The notes beneath the pieces are model-generated. The model did no database searches, was not told the origin of the DNA, and saw only the letters and a program-made list of their open reading frames with translations. A DNA stretch of 62,223 nucleotides, counting the filler. It is 7 parts of 7 records of this genome, joined end to end, with 100 filler letters (N's around TTAATTAATTAA, not from the genome) between each part and the next. Parts side by side here need not be neighbours in the genome. Positions count along the whole stretch, not along the records: positions 47,503 to 53,258 come from SRR20825010_4235; positions 53,359 to 57,835 come from SRR20825010_4240; positions 57,936 to 62,223 come from SRR20825010_4243; 4 more parts are not named here. One strand, given 5' to 3'. This document shows, piece after piece, positions 47,503 to 58,260 of this stretch. A program made the translations under genes and the position numbers. Numbering within the stretch: position 1 is the first letter of the stretch; each line of letters begins with the position of its first letter.

Positions 47503-49813
47503 GTTTCCGGGCGTAGTATTGCCTATTACAGTGGGACGCACAAAGTCCATTAAGCTTGTAAAGAAAGCCTACAAAGGAAATCGGATTATAGGGGTAGTTG
47601 CTCAAAAAAATAAAAATCAGGAACCCGTATTCACTGATTTGCATCCTATAGGGTGTGTGGCCAAGATTCTGAAAATGTTGGTTTTGCCAGACGGAAACAC
47701 CACAATCATCATTCAGGGGCAAAAAAGAATAAAGCTTCTTGAGCCCGTTCAGGAAGAGCCTTTCATTACTTCCCGCTATGAGTTGCTGGGGGATGAAGGA
47801 AAAATGAGCAAGGAGGATATTAAATTGATAACCCAATCCCTGAAAGAAGCGGCTTACAAGGTGCTAAAGCTGAACCCGGAGATTCCGAAAGAGGCTCAGG
47901 TAGCGCTTGATAACATTGATAATTATACGTTTTTGACCCACTTTCTATCTTCCAATGTAAATGCGGAAGTTTCTGAAAAGCAAGTTTTATTAGAGATCAA
48001 CGATCCGAAAAAACGTGCAGAACAATTGCTTCAATACATGCTTCGGGACATCCAGGTGCTTGAGTTGAAACATGAGATTGCTTCCAAGGTACATTCGGAT
48101 ATTGACCAGCAGCAGCGGGATTATTATTTGCGTCAACAGATGAAAGTACTGCAGGATGAACTGGGGCAGGATGGTGCAGATCAGGAATTAAAAGGCTTGC
48201 GTCTAAAAGCAAAAGACAAACTTTGGAACGAAACCGTAAAGAAACATTTTCTTAAGGAATTGGATAAAATCGGACGGATGAACTCAGCGTCTGCGGAATA
48301 TCCGGTGGCCATGAATTATGCTGAACTGCTAGTGGATTTGCCATGGGGCGAGGTGACGGAAGACAATTTTGACCTGAAGCGTGCCAAGAAAATCCTCGAT
48401 AAGGATCATTTTGGCCTGGATAAGGTAAAAGAACGGATTTTGGAATATCTGGCTGTTCGTAAACTAAAAAATGATTTAAAAGGTCCTATTTTATGCCTTT
48501 ATGGACCTCCGGGAGTTGGTAAAACCTCTTTGGGTAAATCCATTGCGGAGGCCTTGAATAGAAAATATGTCAGGATGTCGCTAGGAGGCGTTCATGACGA
48601 AGCGGAGATACGTGGGCACAGGAAAACCTACATAGGGGCTATGCCGGGTAAGGTGATCCAGAATATTAAAAAGGCAGGTTCATCCAATCCCGTTTTCATC
48701 TTGGATGAAATTGATAAGGTAAGCTCGGATTTCAGAGGAGACCCATCTTCGGCATTATTGGAGGTACTTGATCCGGAGCAAAACGGAGCTTTTAGTGATA
48801 ATTATCTGGAGGTGGATTATGACCTGTCAAAGGTCCTTTTCATTGCTACAGCGAACTCTTTGGACACCATCCAACCAGCCCTACGCGACCGGATGGAGAT
48901 CATTGACATCACTGGTTATACACTCGAAGAAAAGGTGGAAATAGCCAAAAAACATTTGGTGCCCAAGCAAATAGAAGAGCATGGACTGACCAGTAAGGAA
49001 ATTACCTTCGACAAAGCCGCGCTGGAAAAGCTGATTAATGACTACACCAGGGAATCTGGCGTGAGGAGTCTTGAGCGAAAGGTGGCTTCCGTAGTTCGTA
49101 ACACAGCCAAATCCATCGCAATGGAAGAGGAATACGCCATCAAAATCAATGCTGATAGCATCCGAAAAATCCTTGGAGCTGAGATTTTCGATAAGGAGTA
49201 CTACGAAGACAATAAACTTCCGGGAGTAGCCACGGGCCTTGCCTGGACACCATCCGGTGGGGATATTCTATACATAGAAGCGAGCCTGAGTAGAGGAAAA
49301 GGCAAGTTGACTCTGTCGGGTCAGCTTGGGGACGTGATGAAAGAATCTGCAATGACGGCCCTTTCTTATCTGCGGTCGAATGCCGATGTACTTGACATCA
49401 ATTATCGGATTTTTGATAATTACGATCTTCATGTACACGTGCCTGCTGGAGGGATTCCAAAAGATGGACCATCAGCGGGGATTACCATGCTCACGGCCTT
49501 GGCTTCCGTATATACCCAGCGAATGATCCTTAAAAAACTGGCCATGACAGGTGAGATAACCTTGCGTGGTAAAGTGCTTCCGGTTGGTGGTATCAAAGAG
49601 AAAATCCTTGCGGCCAAACGTGCAGGAATCAAGGAAATTATCATGTGCCAGAAGAACAAACGCGATGTGGATGAAATCAATCCGAGCTACATCAAAGATT
49701 TGAAAATTCATTACGTGGAATTTGTACAACAAGTGCTTGATTTGGCGTTGTTGAATCAGAAAACAGCCAAACCGATTCAATTCATTCTTCCCGAGGAAAA
49801 GAGAGCCGATTGA
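47503..49813 (+). CDS. lon: Endopeptidase La (5' truncated)
   Basis: [23 protein letters not shown] and GGIKEK motifs. Confidence 0.97.
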
Positions 49814-50805
49814 GATACCTGACCTTCATATTGCTGCTGATTGCAGCCACCACTCAAGCCCAGTTCGGCCAATACCAGGCTTTGGAGCTTCCGTCGGGAG
49901 CCCGAAGCGCTGCTTTGGGAGGAACGATGGTTTCACTGGCAGATGGTGATGTGACGCAGTTTATGAATAATCCGGCTGTTTTGGATTCGATTGGTCCGAC
50001 GGATATTTCACTAAACTACAACCCGTATTTTGCAGATATCAATGTGTTTTCGGGGGCTTACAATGCCAATTTTGGGAAGCTCGGTCCATTGGCCATCGGT
50101 CTTACCTACGTGTCGTATGGGGAATTTATCGAAACAGATGATTCGGGAAATGAGATTGGCACGTTTACTTCCAATGATTACGTGATTGCTATTGGGAAAA
50201 GCCATCAGGCAGGGTCGTTTAGTTTTGGGGTAAACATGAAGCTGGCCAACAGCTCCATCCAAAACTATTCATCTACCATCATGGTGTTTGATTTGGGCGG
50301 GATTTATCGCGTACCGAATCAGAACATTACCCTAGGGCTAGCCTTCAAAAATTTTGGGTTCAAATTCTCTGATTATGCTTCCCTGACCAATTCGCGAATT
50401 CCGTTTGATGTGCAAATGGGTGTGACGGTCAAGCCGGAACATATGCCGTTTAAGTTTACCATTACCAGCTACAACCTTGTGGAAGAAAACATGATTTTCG
50501 ATGCTGATCCCGACGATCAGGTAGCAAACACCTCGGCTTTTTTTGATAAAGTACTGCGTCGGGTGAATATCGGGACGGAGTTGATTTTGAATGAGCACAT
50601 TCAGTTTCAAATTGGGTACAACCACTTGAGACGTCAGGAGTTGAAATTGGATGAAACAGCCGGAGGAGCCGGTTTTTCCTATGGATTGTCCATCGGAGTA
50701 AAAAAGATCAAATTCAGGTACGCACGGGCAAAGTACCATGTGGCTGGAGCGGCTAATTTCATTAGCCTGCAAACCAACCTGAATTCTTACAAAAAGATAT
50801 TATAA
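49810..50805 (+). CDS. porQ: Type IX secretion system beta-barrel PorQ
   Basis: Signal peptide, ARSAALGG, NPA and GYNHLRRQEL; lon-porQ order typical of Bacteroidota. Confidence 0.82.
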   Translation: MRYLTFILLLIAATTQAQFGQYQALELPSGARSAALGGTMVSLADGDVTQFMNNPAVLDSIGPTDISLNYNPYFADINVFSGAYNANFGKLGPLAIGLTYVSYGEFIETDDSGNEIGTFTSNDYVIAIGKSHQAGSFSFGVNMKLANSSIQNYSSTIMVFDLGGIYRVPNQNITLGLAFKNFGFKFSDYASLTNSRIPFDVQMGVTVKPEHMPFKFTITSYNLVEENMIFDADPDDQVANTSAFFDKVLRRVNIGTELILNEHIQFQIGYNHLRRQELKLDETAGGAGFSYGLSIGVKKIKFRYARAKYHVAGAANFISLQTNLNSYKKIL

Positions 50806-50808
50806 ACA

Positions 50809-52182
50809 ATGAACAGAGACCTTACACCCAAGCAAATAGTAGCTGAACTGGATAAATACATCATCGGTCAAACCGACGCAAAAAGAAACGTAGCAATCGC
50901 CTTGAGAAACCGTTGGAGACGAATGAATGTGAAGGACGAGATTCAGGGCGAAATTGTGCCAAACAACATCCTGATGATTGGTGCTACTGGAGTAGGTAAG
51001 ACAGAAATCGCGCGACGAATTGCTAAAATATCCGATGCGCCCTTCATTAAAGTAGAGGCGTCTAAATTCACCGAAGTTGGTTACGTAGGGCGCGATGTGG
51101 AGAGCATGGTACGCGATCTGATGGAGCAATCCGTCAACATTGTGAAGGTGGCGAAGAAGGAAGAGGTGAAAGAACGAGCCGCTGAAATAGTCAATGGCAT
51201 TATTCTGGACGCTTTGATTCCACCGCTTGTGGCCAATAAAAACATGCATGCATCGGGTGTTGGAAAAGACTTGCCCGGTGAAGAGCAGGAGTTGAATGAA
51301 AAGACCAGAGAGCGTTTTCGTGAGAAAATAAAAAACGGCGAGATGGACGAACGCAAGATTGAAATCAACGTGAGCCAATCGGGCAATCCGGGTATTGGAA
51401 TGATAGGTGGTGGGATGGATGAAACCTCCATGATCAACATTCAGGAAATGCTTGGCAGCATGATGCCGAAGAAAACAAAAAAGCGAAAAGTAACGATACA
51501 GGAAGCCCGCAAAATCCTTATGGATGAGGAAACTTCCAAGCTTATCGATATGGATGAGGTGAAGGATGAGGCCATTAAGAAAGCGGAGAATTCGGGCATC
51601 ATCTTCATTGATGAAATTGATAAAATTGCTAGTTCCGGCAGCAAAGGAGGGGCAGATGTGAGTAGGGAAGGTGTGCAGCGCGACTTACTCCCGATTGTTG
51701 AGGGCAGTGCGGTCAACACCAAATATGGTGTGGTTCATACCGATCACATTTTGTTCGTGGCTGCAGGAGCCTTTCATGTGAGCAAACCCTCCGATTTGAT
51801 CCCCGAACTTCAGGGTCGTTTTCCGATTCGCGTGGAATTAGAAAGCCTGACCAAAGCGGATTTCCTACGAATTTTACAGGAGCCAAAAAATGCACTAACC
51901 AAACAATACACCGCGCTTGTGGCAGCTGAAAATGTGAGTTTGACTTTTCAACCGGAGGCTCTGGAAGAATTGGCGGCCATCGCCTTTCAGGTGAACGAAG
52001 AAGTTGAAAACATAGGAGCCAGAAGACTACAGACGGTATTGAGCAGACTGCTCAATGATTTACTGTTTGATATTCCCGATACCATCGGGCCGAACGCACA
52101 AATTGTTGTGGATAAAGCGATGGTGGATGAGAAATTAACCGGCCTGGTTAAGGACAAAGACCTGAGCAGATACATTCTTTAA
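50809..52182 (+). CDS. hslU: ATP-dependent protease ATPase subunit HslU
   Basis: ALRNRWRR, GVGKTEIARR, GYVGRDV and PELQGRFPIRVEL motifs. Confidence 0.97.
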   Translation: MNRDLTPKQIVAELDKYIIGQTDAKRNVAIALRNRWRRMNVKDEIQGEIVPNNILMIGATGVGKTEIARRIAKISDAPFIKVEASKFTEVGYVGRDVESMVRDLMEQSVNIVKVAKKEEVKERAAEIVNGIILDALIPPLVANKNMHASGVGKDLPGEEQELNEKTRERFREKIKNGEMDERKIEINVSQSGNPGIGMIGGGMDETSMINIQEMLGSMMPKKTKKRKVTIQEARKILMDEETSKLIDMDEVKDEAIKKAENSGIIFIDEIDKIASSGSKGGADVSREGVQRDLLPIVEGSAVNTKYGVVHTDHILFVAAGAFHVSKPSDLIPELQGRFPIRVELESLTKADFLRILQEPKNALTKQYTALVAAENVSLTFQPEALEELAAIAFQVNEEVENIGARRLQTVLSRLLNDLLFDIPDTIGPNAQIVVDKAMVDEKLTGLVKDKDLSRYIL

Positions 52183-52184
52183 TC

Positions 52185-52670
52185 TCAGATTCCCTTCGGA
52201 GTATAAAAGAAAAGTGGCTGAGCCGTTCGGTTCATGATGCTTTTCCAGGAGTTGGTATCGAACTGCAATCCAACTATTCCGCAGGTGGGGATGTTCATAA
52301 TGTACTGCTCGCTCACCAGATTGTTGAAATCGGTAAATCCCGGATTGTGGCCAAAAATGGCGATGGTATTTATGTTTCCAAATCCATTTAAAATCTCGCC
52401 AATTTCCGCAAGGTTGCAATGAAACAGCTTGCTCGAAAGTACGATTCTATCTTCGGGGTATTGCCAGCCATCTGACAGATGCAAGGCTGTATAAAACGCT
52501 CTGCTGGCTGTACTGGTAATGATTAGTTCGGGTTCCGGTACATTTTCCCGAACGAATTTACCCATTTTGATTGCATCCCTTCTTCCTCTTTGTCCAAGTG
52601 GACGATCATGGTCTTTCAAGTCAAACGACCAGGATGATTTTGCGTGACGAACGAGATAAAGGGTTTTCAA
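52185..52670 (-). CDS. sixA: SixA-like histidine phosphatase
   Basis: LVRHAKS, DRPL and GHNP motifs. Confidence 0.85.
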   Translation of the reverse strand: MKTLYLVRHAKSSWSFDLKDHDRPLGQRGRRDAIKMGKFVRENVPEPELIITSTASRAFYTALHLSDGWQYPEDRIVLSSKLFHCNLAEIGEILNGFGNINTIAIFGHNPGFTDFNNLVSEQYIMNIPTCGIVGLQFDTNSWKSIMNRTAQPLFFYTPKGI

Positions 52671-52697
52671 TGAGGCTAATTTTGGATGTTTGCCAAT

Positions 52698-53258
52698 CTA
52701 ACAAAATGTTGCGATTTTCTCCTTCAAAAAAGCTTTTTCATTTGGATTTAAGGTGAGGTCCATCGCTTTTTGAAGCATTTTAATGGCTTCATCTTTTTTG
52801 TTCAGGGACAGTAAAATCTCGGCTTTGATGGAAGGGAGGAGGTAATTCTTCTCTAAAGCGACTTCCTTTTCGAGCTTTTCAATTTCAGCCAAAGCTACCG
52901 GAGCACCATTCGTTTTTTCCAAAGCCACAATCCGGTTCAGAGCCACAATAGGGCTTGGGTTAAGCTGAAGCAAGGTGTCGTATAAATGCAGAATAATGTC
53001 CCAGCGCGTTTCTTCGTAGCTGTCGGCATTGCAATGAACTCCACTGATGGCAGCTTGCAGGAAATACTCGTTTTGCGATTCATTATTCTTCACGCTTCCC
53101 AGGTAATAGTTTCCTCGATTGATCAAATTTTTATCCCATCGGGATCGGTCTTGCAGTTCAAGCGGGATTATTTTACCCGCTTCATCTATTCTGGAGTCAA
53201 ATCGGGACGAATGATAATACATCAAGGAAAGTAGTGATCGGGTGTAGGGTGTGTTGGT
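52698..53258 (-). CDS. ECF sigma factor C-terminal DUF6596/TPR region (5' truncated)
   Basis: LELQDRSRWD, YFLQAAI..H, W..I..LYD.L and SPIVALNR motifs. Confidence 0.82.
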   Translation of the reverse strand, partial: TNTPYTRSLLSLMYYHSSRFDSRIDEAGKIIPLELQDRSRWDKNLINRGNYYLGSVKNNESQNEYFLQAAISGVHCNADSYEETRWDIILHLYDTLLQLNPSPIVALNRIVALEKTNGAPVALAEIEKLEKEVALEKNYLLPSIKAEILLSLNKKDEAIKMLQKAMDLTLNPNEKAFLKEKIATFC

Positions 53259-53358
53259 NNNNNNNNNNNNNNNNNNNNNNNNNNNNNNNNNNNNNNNNNN
53301 NNTTAATTAATTAANNNNNNNNNNNNNNNNNNNNNNNNNNNNNNNNNNNNNNNNNNNN
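53259..53358. other. Artificial contig linker
   Basis: N44-TTAATTAATTAA-N44. Confidence 0.98.
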
Positions 53359-54175
53359 TTATTTCTCGATCCTGACGCTGGCCTTTGCACAGATGTCCTA
53401 TAACCTTGCCTATTCGGTTCTGACCCCGATCACCAATGGTGAAACCGGTCTGCAACTGACGCAGGGGGACCCGCGTGTTCTTGATCGCATGTCCGGGATT
53501 GAAGCAGACGCATCGCTTCCAACACCGAACCTGTTTGGCATCGAAGGCATCGGCTATTCCGGCTTCTATATCTGTGCGGCCCTTATGCTTGTCTCGTTCT
53601 TCATCTATCTGCGCATCTTCCGCTCCCCGTTCGGGCTGAAGCTGCGTGCGATTAAATCGAACCAGAGCCGCATGGGCTATACCGGGTACAACACACGGCC
53701 CTATCTGATGACGGCCTTTGTCATCTCGGGCATGTATGCCGGTCTTGCCGGGTCGCTTCTGGCGGTGACCGATCCGCTTGCAGGGGCTGAGCGCATGCAG
53801 TGGACAGCATCGGGTGAGATCGTTCTGATCACCATTCTTGGCGGTGTCGGAACCCTGATTGGTCCGCTTCTGGGGGCCGGGGTTATCAAGTATTTTGAAA
53901 ATATCTTCTCGGCCTTTAACGAGACGGTTCTTCTCAATGCGTTTTCCTTCCTTCCCGATTGGCTCGCACACGGGGTCGCAACGATCCTTGGTCTGTTTGT
54001 TGGCGAAGGCTGGCATCTGACCCTTGGTCTGGTCTTCATGCTGATCGTGATCTTCCTGCCAGGTGGCATCATGGAAGGGATCAATCGCCTGTGGCGTCTT
54101 GTGTCCAACCGCGCGTCTTCAGCTTCTTCGGCTGAGGGCAAAGAAAAAGAACAACACTCGGCGGGGGAGGTCTGA
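53359..54175 (+). CDS. livM: Branched-chain amino acid-type ABC permease (5' truncated)
   Basis: [21 protein letters not shown] and [10 protein letters not shown] motifs. Confidence 0.85.
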
Positions 54176-54178
54176 TCG

Positions 54179-54943
54179 ATGTCTGAATACATTCTTGATG
54201 TAACTGATGTGGATAAGAATTTTGGCGGCTTGCGCGCGTTGTCTGACATTAACCTTCGGGTTAAGAAAGGCACGGTTCACGCTATTATTGGTCCAAATGG
54301 TGCGGGCAAATCGACGCTGTTGAACGTCATTGTTGGGCGTCTTGCGCCCAACCGTGGCCGGGTATTGCTTGGCGATGAAGTTCTGACAGGTAAGCAGCCA
54401 CACGAGATCAACCAGCTTGGTGTGGCACGTGTTTTCCAGACGCCGGAAATCTTCCCGGAATTGTCGCTTTTGCAAAACGTGATGGTTCCAGCTCTTGCCA
54501 AACGTGATGGCGAGTTCAAGCTAAGCTTCCTCAAAAGCCTGTTTGCCGAAAAAGAAATCATCGAACAGGCCGAGCATCTTCTTGAAGATGTTGGATTGAT
54601 TGCGCAGAAGGACAATATTGCCAGTGCAATGTCGCGCGGTGACAAACGCCGTTTGGAACTTGCGATGTGTCTGGGGCAACACCCTAAATTGTTCCTTCTT
54701 GATGAGCCGACAGCCGGTATGTCGCGTCATGACACCAACCGCACGATTGAGCTGCTTCAGCGGATCAAGGAACGCGGCATGACCAAAGTCATCATTGAAC
54801 ATGACATGCATGTTGTGTTCAGTCTGGCGGATCGCATCAGTGTTCTGGCTCAGGGGGCCATCATTTGTGAAGGCACCCCGGAAGAAGTACGCAATGACCC
54901 ACGCGTTAAAGAAGCCTATCTCGGAGGGGAAGCAGTAGCATGA
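54179..54943 (+). CDS. livG: ABC ATP-binding protein, LivG type
   Basis: GPNGAGKST, LLDEPTAG, IEHDM and EAYLG motifs. Confidence 0.88.
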   Translation: MSEYILDVTDVDKNFGGLRALSDINLRVKKGTVHAIIGPNGAGKSTLLNVIVGRLAPNRGRVLLGDEVLTGKQPHEINQLGVARVFQTPEIFPELSLLQNVMVPALAKRDGEFKLSFLKSLFAEKEIIEQAEHLLEDVGLIAQKDNIASAMSRGDKRRLELAMCLGQHPKLFLLDEPTAGMSRHDTNRTIELLQRIKERGMTKVIIEHDMHVVFSLADRISVLAQGAIICEGTPEEVRNDPRVKEAYLGGEAVA

Positions 54944-55692
54944 CCTCACTGCCAAAACAGGAACCTGTCCGCAATCAGGGCGGTGATCCGGCCTTTTTCT
55001 CGGTCCATGATATTCATGCCTATTACGGCGAAAGCTACATCGTTCAGGGTGTCTCCTTTGACATTCGCGAAGGCGAAATTCTGGCGTTGCTGGGCCGTAA
55101 CGGTGCAGGGAAAACATCGACGTTGCGGGCCTTGGCCCGCATGTCGAACCCGGAACTTAAACATGGTGAAATCTGGCTTGATCATCAGCCATTGCACACC
55201 ATGAAAGCTTGGCAGGCTGCCCGTCTCGGGGTGCAGCTTGTGCCAGAAGATCGTCGTATCATTCCGGGCATGACCGTTCAGCAAAATCTTGAACTTGCCC
55301 AGATTGCCGAACCGGTTGGCTGGTCCGTTGAACGCATCTACGAGCTTTTCCCGCGCCTTGGCGAGCGGGCAGAGCAAGAAGGCACCACCCTTTCAGGTGG
55401 CGAACAACAGATGCTGGCAATCGGCCGTGCCTTGGCACGTGACATCAAGCTTTTGCTGCTTGATGAACCGTATGAAGGCTTGGCGCCGGTGATTGTTCAG
55501 GAAATCGAAAAGACGCTTCAAAACGTCAAGAAACTTGGCATCACCACGATCATCGTCGAGCAGAATGCCATCGCGGCACTCAAGCTTGCAGATCGGGCAA
55601 TCATTATGGATAGCGGCGAAATCGTCTTTGACGGCACAGCACAAGCGGTTCTTGATGATGCCGAGCTTCGGGACCAATACCTGGCTATCTAG
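54940..55692 (+). CDS. livF: ABC ATP-binding protein, LivF type
   Basis: GRNGAGKT, LSGGEQQM and VEQN motifs. Confidence 0.88.
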   Translation: MTSLPKQEPVRNQGGDPAFFSVHDIHAYYGESYIVQGVSFDIREGEILALLGRNGAGKTSTLRALARMSNPELKHGEIWLDHQPLHTMKAWQAARLGVQLVPEDRRIIPGMTVQQNLELAQIAEPVGWSVERIYELFPRLGERAEQEGTTLSGGEQQMLAIGRALARDIKLLLLDEPYEGLAPVIVQEIEKTLQNVKKLGITTIIVEQNAIAALKLADRAIIMDSGEIVFDGTAQAVLDDAELRDQYLAI

Positions 55693-55751
55693 GTCCACTG
55701 TAGTGGGGGGAGTCTCCGAAGCTTCGTGGTAAGGGGAGTTTCGGGACAGGG

Positions 55752-55778
55752 AAGACCGTGCCTTTGGGCGCGGTCTTT
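55752..55778. terminator. Probable terminator between livF and the Lrp gene
   Basis: AAGACCGTGCC-TTTG-GGCGCGGTCTTT hairpin between convergent genes. Confidence 0.6.
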
Positions 55779-55824
55779 GCCGTTTTATGGACCAAAATTG
55801 ATCGATTGATCGATGCGAACTTGA

Positions 55825-56292
55825 TCAATCCGGGTTAACCGCCAGACCTTCAAAATCCTTCAACACGTTCAGAACAATTGACGTTTTGACATGCTGAACC
55901 GAATCATGCGGCAAAAGCACCTCATTGACGAAATGCGACAGGGCCGCCAGATCCTTTGTCGCGACCTTAAGGTGATAATCCATCTCTCCGGTCAGGGAAA
56001 AGGCTTCGAGCACTTCGGGCAAATCGGCCAGCAAACGGGCAAACCGTTTGGCATTGTCGCGGTTATGGGTGGCAAGGGTCACCGAAATCACCACCAGCAA
56101 TCCCAACCCCATTTGTTGACGGTCAATATCGGCACGATAGCCGCGAATGACCTTGTCATCTTCAAGTCGCGCGCGTCGGCGTGAACACTGTGATGCCGAA
56201 AGGCCAATGCGTTCTGACAAATCATTATTGGTCAGACGCCCGTCCTTTTGCAGTTCTGCAAGCAGTTTAAGGTCCAGTCGGTCAAGTTGCAT
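55825..56292 (-). CDS. Lrp/AsnC-family regulator divergent from hppD
   Basis: LQKDGRLTN HTH and TGEMDYHLKV motif. Confidence 0.92.
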   Translation of the reverse strand: MQLDRLDLKLLAELQKDGRLTNNDLSERIGLSASQCSRRRARLEDDKVIRGYRADIDRQQMGLGLLVVISVTLATHNRDNAKRFARLLADLPEVLEAFSLTGEMDYHLKVATKDLAALSHFVNEVLLPHDSVQHVKTSIVLNVLKDFEGLAVNPD

Positions 56293-56446
56293 ATTTCACG
56301 CGCCATTGTGAGTGATCATGCATGATGTGTGCATTTTGTGTAGAAAATCAACCATGAATGCACGCACGTTGCACGGGGTTTGGCGCACGATTGGAACATA
56401 ACAAAAGTTCGAAGAATTCGAATGTTTCAATCATAGGAGACTTCCG

Positions 56447-57559
56447 ATGGGACCGTTCCCGCATGACGCCCCTCGCGCCACCATTACTGATGAAAACCCC
56501 GCCGGGACCGACGGTTTCGAGTTTGTTGAATTTGCCCATGAAGAAGCCGACAAACTTGAAACCCTGTTTACCCGCATGGGCTACACCCCGGTTGCCCGGC
56601 ACAAAACCAAAAACATCACGGTTTGGCGTCAGGGCGATATCAACTATATCCTTAATGCCGAACCCGACAGTCATGCGATGAAATTTGTCGGGGTGCATGG
56701 TCCGTGCGCGCCGTCAATGGCATGGCGGGTGGTCGATGCCAAACATGCCTTTGATCATGCGATTGCCAAGGGGGCAGAACCCTATACCGGCACTGACAAG
56801 ACCCTGGATGTTCCGGCCATTGTCGGCATTGGCGGGTCGCTTTTGTATTTCATCGATACATATGGCGATACCGGTTCGGCCTATGACGCAGAATTCGACT
56901 GGATCGGGGAACGTGATCCGAAACCCGAAGGTGTCGGGTTCTATTATCTCGATCATCTGACCCATAACGTTTATCGCGGCAATATGGATAAATGGTGGGA
57001 CTTTTATCGGGATCTGTTTGGCTTCAAGCAAATCCACTTCTTTGACATTGCCGGTAAAATCACCGGCTTGGTCAGCCGTGCGATCACCTCACCTTGCGGG
57101 AAAATCCGAATCCCGCTCAATGAATCGACCGATGATAAAAGCCAGATCGAAGAATATCTGCGCAAATACAAAGGCGAAGGCATTCAGCATATCGCGGTGG
57201 GATCAGATGGTATTTACGATGCCACCGACAAGCTTGCCGCGAATGATTTGAAATTCATGCCCGGTCCGCCGGAAACCTATTACGAAAAATCCCATGACCG
57301 CGTCCATGGCCATGACGAGCCGATTGAACGGATGAAAAAACACGGCATCCTGATTGACGGCGAAGGGGTGATTGATGGCGGGATGACCAAAATCCTGCTG
57401 CAAATTTTCTCGAAGACCGTGATCGGGCCGATTTTCTTTGAGTTCATTCAGCGCAAAGGCGACGAAGGTTTTGGCGAAGGCAACTTCCGCGCCCTGTTTG
57501 AAAGTATTGAAGAAGACCAGATCCGCCGTGGTGTTTTGAAAGTCGATGCTGCGGAATAG
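56447..57559 (+). CDS. hppD: 4-hydroxyphenylpyruvate dioxygenase
   Basis: GFEFVEF, DHLTHNV, GIQHIA and FFEFIQRKGDEGFGEGNF motifs. Confidence 0.97.
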   Translation: MGPFPHDAPRATITDENPAGTDGFEFVEFAHEEADKLETLFTRMGYTPVARHKTKNITVWRQGDINYILNAEPDSHAMKFVGVHGPCAPSMAWRVVDAKHAFDHAIAKGAEPYTGTDKTLDVPAIVGIGGSLLYFIDTYGDTGSAYDAEFDWIGERDPKPEGVGFYYLDHLTHNVYRGNMDKWWDFYRDLFGFKQIHFFDIAGKITGLVSRAITSPCGKIRIPLNESTDDKSQIEEYLRKYKGEGIQHIAVGSDGIYDATDKLAANDLKFMPGPPETYYEKSHDRVHGHDEPIERMKKHGILIDGEGVIDGGMTKILLQIFSKTVIGPIFFEFIQRKGDEGFGEGNFRALFESIEEDQIRRGVLKVDAAE

Positions 57560-57660
57560 CATCAACACCCCCATATCTTAATCAGGACCCGTTTCGATCA
57601 ATATAATGGGTCCTGACGGCTTGTTGTTTTTGCACTTGGCTGCCATTGGGAAATTCCGCC

Positions 57661-57835
57661 ATGCTTGATAAACCAACCCGCGATCAGGCGACGGCTGCAT
57701 CTGATCAAACGGATCTGCGCTATATGTCTGGTTTCGGCAATGATTTTGAAACCGAAAGCCTTGCCTGTGCCTTGCCGCAGGGGCAAAACAGCCCGCAAAA
57801 ATGCGCCTATGGCCTGTATGCCGAACAGCTTTCCG
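57661..57835 (+). CDS. hmgA: Homogentisate 1,2-dioxygenase, N-terminus (truncated)
   Basis: YMSGFGN.FETE and [10 protein letters not shown]...YGLYAEQLS; follows hppD. Confidence 0.92.
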
Positions 57836-57935
57836 NNNNNNNNNNNNNNNNNNNNNNNNNNNNNNNNNNNNNNNNNNNNTTAATTAATTAANNNNNNNNN
57901 NNNNNNNNNNNNNNNNNNNNNNNNNNNNNNNNNNN
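57836..57935. other. Artificial contig linker
   Basis: N44-TTAATTAATTAA-N44. Confidence 0.98.
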
Positions 57936-57936
57936 G

Positions 57937-58143
57937 GTTGCACCGACCTATATCGCAACACCGCTCAATGAATTCGTTAAATCCAAGCCGGAAATGTATG
58001 ACGCATGGATCAATGGCACCCCGATGGCCCGACTGGGCGAAACCGATGAAATCGGATCGGTTGTGCTGTTCCTTGCTTCGGACGCCTCCAGCCTGTTGAC
58101 CGGATCCATCGTATTGGCTGATGGGGGTTACACCTGCTGGTAA
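57937..58143 (+). CDS. SDR oxidoreductase C-terminus (5' truncated; not in the ORF track)
   Basis: VAPTYIATPL...TPMARLG...FLASDASSLLTGSIVLADGGYTCW*. Confidence 0.88.
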   Translation, partial: VAPTYIATPLNEFVKSKPEMYDAWINGTPMARLGETDEIGSVVLFLASDASSLLTGSIVLADGGYTCW

Positions 58144-58219
58144 GGCCAGGTGGAACTGTTGATCACAATGTCCTGAAGCAAGGACCTGTACTCGTTGTGA
58201 TCAGGTCAGTACGATGGTC

Positions 58220-58254
58220 AAACGGGGCGCGGTTGTGGGACCTGCGCCCCGTTT
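58220..58254. terminator. Bidirectional terminator
   Basis: AAACGGGGCGCGG-loop-CCTGCGCCCCGTTT between convergent genes. Confidence 0.72.
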
Positions 58255-58260
58255 ACCTTT

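Noticed and set aside
50809-52182. hslU without adjacent hslV
   Set aside because: The contig is short and the two genes can be unlinked; absence cannot be judged here.
20019-57935. Six identical TTAATTAATTAA motifs within N runs, and apparent gene neighbourhoods across them
   Set aside because: Artificial 100-nt linkers. Genes are cut at them and composition shifts, so no biological linkage across them should be inferred.
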